A DNA stretch of 64,000 bases, from positions 2,369,918 through 2,433,917 of the forward strand of contig OW818687.1 in NCBI GenBank assembly GCA_942493275.1, given 5' to 3'. Below are positions 52,952 to 61,700 of the stretch, in pieces; the first letter of the stretch is position 1; the number at the start of each line of letters is the position of its first letter. A program made the position numbers and the translations under genes. The notes below the pieces were generated by a model. That model was not told the DNA's origin, did not search any database, and saw nothing but the letters and a program-made list of their open reading frames with translations. The stretch comes from an uncultured Coriobacteriia bacterium. GTDB lineage: Bacteria; Actinomycetota; Coriobacteriia; Anaerosomatales; PHET01.

Positions 52952-54034
52952 CTACTCGGCGAGCGGCACGATCCCGGACTGCAGCGCCGTCACGACCCTC
53001 TCGGCGACTCGGTCGTCCCACCGGTCTGGATGCTCCCAATCGCGGCCCGAAGCGAGCCCAGCCGCCACGCCTTCGAGGATCTCGGCAGACGATGCTGAGA
53101 CGAGACGGTTCGACCCGATCTCGACGGTTACCTGACGCTCGGTGTTGCGCCGAACGGTGACACAGGGAGTCCCCAACATGCAGGTCTCCTCCTGCACGCC
53201 GCCCGAATCGGTGACGACGATGGCGGCGTCACGCTGGAGCGCGAGCATGTCCAGATAGCCGACAGGGTCCACCAGCTGAACGGACGAGCCCTCAGACAGG
53301 CCGGCCTCGGCGAGCTTGGGCCGGGTGCGCGGATGGACCGGGAAGATCGCCGGCATTCCGATGCCCTTGAGTCCAGATGCGATCTCCTCAAGACGATCAG
53401 GATGATCGGTATTCTCGGGCCGATGGATGGTCACAAGCGCGTACTGACCGGGAGTCTGGCCGTAACGACCGCATACCTCGCGATCGCGAATGCGCTCCAC
53501 ATTGCGGAGCACGGACTCGGCCATGATGTTGCCGACGAAGTGGATGCGCGAGCGATCGACGGCCTCGGCGACGAGGTTCGCCTCCGCAGCCTCGTTGGGC
53601 GTCAGCAGCATCGACGAGAGCTGGTCGGTCACGAGGCGGTTGATCTCCTCGGGCATGGACATGTCGCCCGAGCGAAGTCCCGCCTCGAGGTGCACGACCG
53701 GTATCCCGATCTTGGACGCCGCCAGCGCGCCGGCCAGGGTCGAATTGACGTCGCCTACCACCAGCAGCGCATCCGGCCTCTCGGCGACCAGGAGCTCCTC
53801 GAGTGCCATCATCGCCCGGCCCGTCTGTACGGCGTGCGTTCCCGAACCGATGCCGAGGAACCACGCGGGCTCCGGCAGCTCCAGATCGGCGAAGAACACG
53901 TCCGACATCGACGCGTCGTAATGCTGACCCGTGTGCGCGATGCTCGCGTCAATGCCGGCGGCAGCGAGTGCGGGCATGAGCGGACCGACCTTGATGAAGT
54001 TGGGGCGAGCTCCGACGACGACGATCAGACGCAT
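52952..54034 (-). CDS. wecB: UDP-N-acetylglucosamine 2-epimerase (non-hydrolysing), paralog 2
   Basis: 360 aa, collinear with paralog 1 (VGARPNFIKVGPL, VVGDVNSTLAGA, HLEAGLR, IHRPEN). The two are clearly diverged rather than recent copies. Confidence 0.88.
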   Translation of the reverse strand: MRLIVVVGARPNFIKVGPLMPALAAAGIDASIAHTGQHYDASMSDVFFADLELPEPAWFLGIGSGTHAVQTGRAMMALEELLVAERPDALLVVGDVNSTLAGALAASKIGIPVVHLEAGLRSGDMSMPEEINRLVTDQLSSMLLTPNEAAEANLVAEAVDRSRIHFVGNIMAESVLRNVERIRDREVCGRYGQTPGQYALVTIHRPENTDHPDRLEEIASGLKGIGMPAIFPVHPRTRPKLAEAGLSEGSSVQLVDPVGYLDMLALQRDAAIVVTDSGGVQEETCMLGTPCVTVRRNTERQVTVEIGSNRLVSASSAEILEGVAAGLASGRDWEHPDRWDDRVAERVVTALQSGIVPLAE

Positions 54035-54055
54035 GAAAACCTCCTTGACGGACGC

Positions 54056-55585
54056 CTAGTAGGCGCCGCGGGCGAACAGGACCGCCGGCAAGGTCCTGAG
54101 GATCAACTGAATATCGAGCCCCACAGACCAGTTCTCGATGTAGAACAGGTCGAGGCGAACCATCTCATCAAAGGTCAGACTACTGCGGCCCGAGACCTGC
54201 CACAGCCCGGTCATGCCAGGGGTGACCTCGAGTCGACGCCAGTCGTGGCGAGTGTAGCGCTCAACCTCCAGCGGCAGCGGCGGACGCGGTCCCACCAGCG
54301 ACATCTCGCCCTTCAACACGTTTATGAGCTGCGGAAACTCGTCGAGCGAGAACTTGCGCAGCCACTTCCCAACCGGTGTGACACGCGGGTCGTTCTTCAT
54401 CTTGAAGAGCGGACCGGACGCCTCGTTCTGAGCCTGAAGGTCAGCAAGACGCTGGTCTGCATCCCTATACATCGACCTGAACTTGAGCATCTGAAAACGC
54501 GTCCCGTTGCGCCCGACGCGTGGCTGACCGTACAGCACAGGGCCGGGACTACCCAACTTGATCAGCAAGGCGATCAGCACCCAGACAGGCAGGCCGATAA
54601 GAACGATGGCGCCGGCAAGGGCGAGGTCGAATACGCGCTTCGTGAGCCGCTTGGAGCGACTGAGCGAGATGCCCTTCACCGTGATGAGCGGCACACCCGC
54701 GACCTCGCTCACCAGAATCCGGCTCGTCAGGACCTCAAAGAGACCCGACGAGATGTGCACGTCAACGTCCACGTCGCGCAGTTCCGCAATCATGCGCGCC
54801 AGCACATCATGATCGAATGCCGAGGAAGCGATGATCACCGTGTCGATCTCGTGCGACTGGAGGATCTGGATGATGTCCCTCGCGGTTCCGAGCACCGGCA
54901 CGTTCTCGGAGCAGTAGTCGAGATCGAGCTTCTCGGCCAGTGATGATGCGAGACAGCCGACCGGCACGAGGCCGGCGGCGCGGTTCGCTCTGAGCACGCG
55001 AATTATGTCGGATGACTCAGCGTTGCTGCCGACGACGAGTGTGGGCTGCGTCACCATGCCCCGACGGCGCATCAGGTAGATGACCGCGTGGATGAGACCC
55101 CTTCCGAACGCCACCAAGATGATCGACAGCACCCAGGTGAGCAGCGTCCAGCCTCGCGAGAGGCCGGGGGTCTTCGCGAGATACGTGCCGAAGATCACTA
55201 CAACGACGCCCATCGACAGCGAACGAGCAATCGAACCTATCTCCGCCCCGCCCCACGACCACCGGTCGGGATCGTAGAGCCCGCCGAGGACCATCATGCC
55301 TATCCAGAGGGGGGCAACGATAAGCGACAGCTGCAGAAACGACATATCGACGACGAACGCTTCGGTCTGCTCGAACGCCACATCGATGGTCACCGACCCG
55401 AACCACAACCAACTGGCGATGAGGCCCGCGAGAAGGATCGAAACGAAGTCGCTGATGATGAGTGCTGCGACCAGTATGCGACGCCTGCGTCGGCGGGACG
55501 GAGTCTCGCGCTGCACCACACCGATTGAGTCGTTCGCGTCCAGGGTGCTCTCCGTTGTCGTCGCGTGTCGTTGGTGACGCGACAA
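54056..55585 (-). CDS. Polyprenyl-phosphate hexose-1-phosphate transferase (WbaP/exopolysaccharide priming sugar transferase family)
   Basis: 509 aa. N-terminal TM helices, a central CoA-binding-like domain, and a C-terminal bacterial sugar transferase domain ([22 protein letters not shown]...[21 protein letters not shown]). Confidence 0.9.
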   Translation of the reverse strand: MSRHQRHATTTESTLDANDSIGVVQRETPSRRRRRRILVAALIISDFVSILLAGLIASWLWFGSVTIDVAFEQTEAFVVDMSFLQLSLIVAPLWIGMMVLGGLYDPDRWSWGGAEIGSIARSLSMGVVVVIFGTYLAKTPGLSRGWTLLTWVLSIILVAFGRGLIHAVIYLMRRRGMVTQPTLVVGSNAESSDIIRVLRANRAAGLVPVGCLASSLAEKLDLDYCSENVPVLGTARDIIQILQSHEIDTVIIASSAFDHDVLARMIAELRDVDVDVHISSGLFEVLTSRILVSEVAGVPLITVKGISLSRSKRLTKRVFDLALAGAIVLIGLPVWVLIALLIKLGSPGPVLYGQPRVGRNGTRFQMLKFRSMYRDADQRLADLQAQNEASGPLFKMKNDPRVTPVGKWLRKFSLDEFPQLINVLKGEMSLVGPRPPLPLEVERYTRHDWRRLEVTPGMTGLWQVSGRSSLTFDEMVRLDLFYIENWSVGLDIQLILRTLPAVLFARGAY

Positions 55586-55715
55586 GTATAGACGAGAGGC
55601 TCATGCATCATGAGTATCGCGCCGATTACATATACGAAGGTACACGTGTGCCCGCGAGCGGCTCGGTGATTGCAGTCGCCCGCGCGCGCAACGCGCATTA
55701 TGAAGGGGCTAACAA

Positions 55716-58700
55716 ATGAGTAGGCGTTCCGTGGTTCGGAGCAAGTGGACGACCGTCACCTGGTATGCGATGGCGGTGACTGCGCTTGTCGCAATCGCAG
55801 CCGTTATCCCGGCGACCGCGCATGCAGCGTACGTCCCAACCACGCGCGACCAGATGATCTTCGAGCGCTACGTGGTCCAGGGTCAGGGCGACTACCCACA
55901 GGCGATCACGGTGTCGCCCTTTGGTGATGTCTACTACACCCACTCGGACTACTGGGACGGCCTCGACGCGAGCAACAGTGTCCACGGCGTGACCTCTGAG
56001 GGCATCGAGTTCTTCAATGTGGGTGCGAGCGACTACAGCCAGTTCATGTGGCCGGACGGCCTCGCCCTAACCCCCGACGGTGACCTCGTAGTTGCCGATA
56101 CCAGCGAGACAGGCGACGGGGACCACAACCGTCTCAGGATGTTCGATACTTCAACCGGTTCCCTCATCCGCAATGTCGGCGGTCCCGGTACCGGGCCCCT
56201 CGGCTTCAACATGCCCTACGGTGTGGCAGTCAGCGACAGCGGACACGTCTACGTCGCAGACACCGGCAACAACCGGATTCAGATCATCGACGCCGCTACG
56301 GGCTCCTTCGAGTCTATGTGGTCCGTTCCCACCACCGTGGGCACCTCCCCCGATGGTCTTGCCTTCGACCCCGACGGCAACCTGTGGGTGGTTCTCACCG
56401 GCAACAACCGCGTGGCGAAGTTCTCGCCGACAGGCACTCTGCTCGACACCATCGACTCGTGGCAGGAGGTCGACGAGCAAGGCGACCCGACGGGCACCGG
56501 TACCTTCTGGGGCCCCAAGGACGTGGCTGTCGACCACTTCGGCGTCGTCTACGTGGCCGACACGGAGAACTCACGTGTCGTCCGTTTCGACTCTGAGGGC
56601 GGATGGCTCGCCACCCTCTACGGTGCCGATACTCCCGAGGCGGCGTTCTCCTACCCCACCGACGTCGACTGCGACGTCTTCGGCAATCTGTACGTCGCCG
56701 ATGCGTTCAACGATGCGGTCTACAAGATGAGCCTCGTCATGGCCGACCCCGACACGGTCCCGCCGGTGACGACGTCCAACGTCACGTCGGTGTGGCAGAA
56801 GGGCCCCGTCAACGTGACCCTCTCGGCCACGGACGCATCCCTGTCGGTTGAAGCGACCTACTACTCCATCGACGGCAGCGAGCCGTCGGTCCTCTACACG
56901 GGCCCGTTCCAGATCACGGCCGAGGGCACCACCCAGCTGCAGTACTACTCGGTGGACACCGCCGAGAACTCCGAGTTGGTCAAGTCGCAGGACGTGAGGA
57001 TCGACAACACGAATCCTGCGGCTGCCATCTCCCTGAACCAAGTCACCTACGGATACGAAACCACCGTGACGATGTCTGCGACTGACTCGCTCTCGGGCGT
57101 CAAGAACATCGTCTACATCCTGGACAACGGTACTCCCAAGTTCTACACCGGCCAGTTCAAGGTCATGGGCATCGGACTGCACTTCATCGACTACTGGAGC
57201 GTCGACAACGCAGGCAACGTCGAGCCGTTCAAGCACGCCTGGTGCAGCATCGAGGCGCCCGACGCCAACCCCCCCGTGTCGTACTCCGATGCGCCTTCCG
57301 GCTGGGTCAACCAGAACGTCTCGGTTGAGATCACCGCAACCGACGACGTGTCCGGCGTCGACGACATCTACTACTCGAGGGACGGCTCCAACCCGACAGT
57401 CCCGTACACCGGACCACTGACGTTCAACGCGGAGGGCATCAACGTCCTCAAGTACCACGCTATCGACCTGCGCGGAAACGCCGAGACTGTCCACACCGAC
57501 AACATCAAGATCGACAAGTCCGTGCCGACCGCTTCCAGTGACGCGGTCGCAAGCTACGTCGACAGCGCCACCATCAACTTCCAGGCGTCGGACTCGGTCT
57601 CTGGCGTTCTCGACTTCGTCTACCGATTCAACGACGGCGCGTGGCAGCATGGATACACGTTCAACACCACCCAGTGGGGTAACCATCGTGTCACGTGGTA
57701 CGCCACCGACCAGGCGGGCAACACGTCTTCCCAGCGGACGGACTACTTCACCGTTCTGCAGCCTGACAACGAGCCTCCTATCACCGGTGACGACATCCCC
57801 AGCTCATGGGTCAGAGGTCCTGTCTCGATCAACTTCGACGCACACGACGTCATCTCGTCGGTCGCGGCGACCTACTACTCGTTCGACGGCTCGTACCCCA
57901 CCAACGTCTACGACCCGCCGCTGACCTACAACGTCGAGGGCGAGCACGAGGTGAAGTTCTACTCGGAGGACTCCCGCGGCAACAAGGAACCGGTTACCAC
58001 CAAGACGGTGCGTATCGACAACACTCCCCCGGTTTCCACGAGTGATGTCGAAGAGTTCTACATGGGCACCGCCCACATCACCTTCACCGCTTCCGACTCG
58101 CTGTCCTCGGTGAACTACCTCTACTACCGTCTCGACGGCGGCACGTGGACTCAGGGACGCTCCGGCGACGTGCTGACCACCAGCGCCATCGGGAATCACA
58201 CGCTCGAGTACTACGCCGTAGACACGCCTGGCAACCGGGAGACGACACAGACCGCGAACTTCCGTCTGGTTCCGCCGGATACCGAGCCCCCCGTCACCAC
58301 CATGATTGCGCCGACCGGCTGGGTGAAGGGGCCCGTGCAAGTCGAGTTCTCCGCATACGACACGACGTCGACCATAACCGGTACCTACTACTCGCTCACC
58401 GGTGGAACGCCGATCAGCGCCTACACAGGCCCGATCACCGTCTTCGCCGAGGGGACCACCTACATCACGTACCGCTCAGTCGACGAGTGGTCGAACTGGG
58501 AAGACATCAAGTCCGGAGAGGTCAAGATCGACAACACCGCTCCTTTGACCAGCACTGATGCGACGTCCTCCTATGTCGACCAGGCCATCGTCACGTTCTC
58601 TCCGTCGGACCCCTTGTCCGGGGCCAAGACGACCTATTACAAGATCGACGGCGGCGCGTGGCAGCAGGGCTCCTCGGCCTACGTGACCGGCTACTACTAC

Positions 58701-61700
58701 CACACGGTCTACTACTACACGGTGGACAATGCGGGCAACGTCGAGCCGACGAAGTCCGCGACGTTCCGCATCAACCGATCCGACCGCTACTACGACGAGG
58801 ACGACAGCCTCATCCTCTATCGCGGCAACTGGAATGACATCAATGGCACCGGCGTCACCAATGGGACCACCGACCCCAACGGCTCGGTCTGGTACTACGT
58901 TCAGGCCGACCGGGTCTGGTACTACGCGGACATAGCTCCGAACGCTGGTATCGCGAGACTGTCAATCGACAACGGCCCCTGGATCGACATCGATCTCTAC
59001 AACGGCTGGCTGCGGTCCAACGAGATTGCCTGGTATTCGGGCGACCTCGAGTACGACTATCACCTGATTCGCATCGAGTACACGGGCCGCAAGAACCCGC
59101 TCTCGAGCGGCTACGGCATCAACCTGGCGCAAGCGCGCGTCCAGGGCACGATGTACCCGGTGCCGGACTCCCAGGCCCCGGTTACCACATCGAACGTCAA
59201 CGGCGACTGGCAGAAGGGCCCGGTGAGCGTGAGCCTCACGTCCACCGACGCCACCACGGGCGTAGCGTCGACCTACTACTCGACGGACGGCTCGAACCCG
59301 TCCCTGACGTACTCCGCTCCGGTGAGCCTGACGAATCAGGGCACTACGGTGTTCAAGTTCTACTCGGTGGACAAACGCGGCAATGCCGAGGCCGTTCACA
59401 CCGAGTACGTGAAGATCGACAATACGGCGCCGGTCACGACAAGCAACGCCGCCAGCGCCTACGTGGGCGCCGCGACGATCACGCTTTCTCCGACTGACTC
59501 CCACTCCGGCGTCGCTTCGACGTTCTGGCGGGTAGACGGCGGGGCGTGGCAGACCGGACTCACCGCCAGCGTGGCCAACGCTCCGGGCGATCACCTGGTC
59601 GAGTGGTACTCAGTAGACGCTCTCGGCAACACCGAGACGGTCAAGAGCGCGTCGGTGGCGATCTGCACACGGTACGAGCAGGATGCGTCGGCGATTGTGT
59701 ATCGCGGGTCCGGATGGAGCACCGCTGGTAACGCGGCACGCTCCGGTGGCAGCTGGGCGTACACGAATGCAGCAGGCTCCTCGGCGTACTTCGTTGTTCA
59801 GGGAACCGGTCTCGATCTTGTGGCGTCGACCGGCCCCACCTACGGAATCGCACGCATCGTCGTTGACGGCGGGACTCCCGTGAACGCCGATCTGTACTCG
59901 TCCACCAACAAGCACCAGATCCGAGTCGCGCAGATTCGCGGTCTCTCAGCAGGTACCCACCGAGTCCGCATCGAGTGGACGGGCACCAAGAACGCCTCAT
60001 CGAGTGGTACGGGAATCGGCATCGACGCGATCGATTCAGTCGGCACGATCACGCCTGACGTGACGGCCCCGGTCTCCACCAGCGACATCGTCGAGGGCTG
60101 GCGCAACACCTCCTCGACCGTCACCCTGAGCGCCATCGACACCGACAGCTACGTGGCGTCGATCAACTATCGGATCAACGGAGGCGCACCCACGGTCTAC
60201 TCGGCACCCTTCTCGGTCACGGCCGAGGGCGACCATACCGTCGAGTTCTGGGCGGTCGATGGCGCGGGCAACGCCGAGACGCCCACCACCAAGCATGTCC
60301 GTATCGACCGCACGCTTCCCGCCGGTTCCCATAACGCCGACAGCGCATGGCAGCAAGGGCCCGTCGACGTCGAGCTCACAGCGACCGACGACCGCTCGGC
60401 CGTGGCTTCGGTGCTCTACAGCACCGACGGCAGCGTGCCGCATCTTGTGTACACCGACGCAATCACCGTGAGCGCTGAGGGTGAGACGACCATCCGCTTC
60501 AGCGTGACCGACAACGCCGGCAACTCGGTCGAGCCTGCGTCCGCACTCGTTCGCGTCGACAACACCGCCCCGACGACCGGCGACAACGCTCCTGACGAGT
60601 GGGTCGGCGGTCCCGTGGACGTGACCCTCACCCCGAGTGACGCGCGGTCCGGCGTCGCGACCACCACCTACACCATCGACGGCGGCGCGCCGCAGACCTA
60701 CACGGGCACGTTCACCCTCTCCGATGAGGGCGACCACACCCTGCAGTACTGGTCGATCGACCATGCGGACAACCTCGAATCCACGACCACGAAGCACGTC
60801 CGGATCGATGACAGCGCGCCGGTGACAACCGACGACGCCCCGGCAGGCTGGGTCGACGGACCGGTCAGCGTCACGCTCGAGGCCACCGACACCGTCTCAG
60901 GCCTTGAGCTCACCGAGTATCGCCTCGACGGCGGTGCGTGGAGCGCCTACGACGCACCCGTCCAGATCAGCGCCGAGGGAACCACCACCCTCGAGTACCG
61001 TTCGGTCGACGTGAAGGGCAACAGCGAGAACATCAACTCCGCGACTGTGAGGATCGACGACAGCGCGCCGGTGACAACCGACGACGCACCCGCAGGCTGG
61101 GTCGACGGACCGGTCAGCGTCACGCTCGAGGCCACCGACACCGTCTCAGGCCTTGAGCTCACCGAGTACCGCCTGAACGGCGGTGCGTGGAGCGCCTACG
61201 ACGCACCCGTCCAGATCAGCGCCGAGGGAACCACCACGCTCGAGTACCGCTCGGTCGACGTGAAGGGCAACACCGAGCAGATCAACACCGCGACTGTGAG
61301 GATCGATGACAGCGCGCCGGTGACAACCGACGACGCCCCGGCAGGCTGGGTCGACGGACCGGTCAGCGTCACGCTCGAGGCGACCGACACCGTCTCAGGC
61401 CTCGAGCTCACCGAGTATCGCCTCGACGGCGGTGCGTGGAGCGCCTACGACGCACCCGTCCAGATCAGCGCCGAGGGAACCACCACCCTCGAGTACCGTT
61501 CGGTCGACGTGAAGGGCAACAGCGAGAACATCAACTCCGCGACTGTGAAGATCGATGACAGCGCGCCGGTGACGTCTGATGACGCACCCGCAGGCTGGGT
61601 CAACGGGCCGGTCAGCGTCACGCTCGAGGCCACCGACGCCGTCTCAGGCCTCGAGCTCACCGAGTACCGTCTCGACGGCGGTGCGTGGAGCGCCTACGAC

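Noticed and set aside
55716-55826. Twin-arginine (Tat) signal on the giant protein (MSRRSVV...)
   Set aside because: The SRRSVV segment only partly fits S/T-R-R-x-F-L-K, and the RR lies at the very N-terminus. A Sec-type signal with AHA/A cleavage explains it equally well, so it is left undecided rather than called.
56571-57686. 371-aa minus-strand ORF, the 500-aa plus-strand ORF 62093..63595, and other ORFs inside the giant gene
   Set aside because: These are out-of-frame or antisense readings of the repeat-rich giant CDS. The frame starting at 55716 gives coherent NHL, Ig-like and CBM-like domains over more than 8 kb without a stop, whereas these alternatives give low-complexity V/D/G/R strings.
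60698-61660. Four nearly identical 71-aa minus-strand ORFs spaced 249 bp apart (MSSRPETVSVASSVTLTGPSTQPAGASS...)
   Set aside because: They are the antisense image of the four 249-bp coding repeats of the giant plus-strand gene, not a separate gene family.
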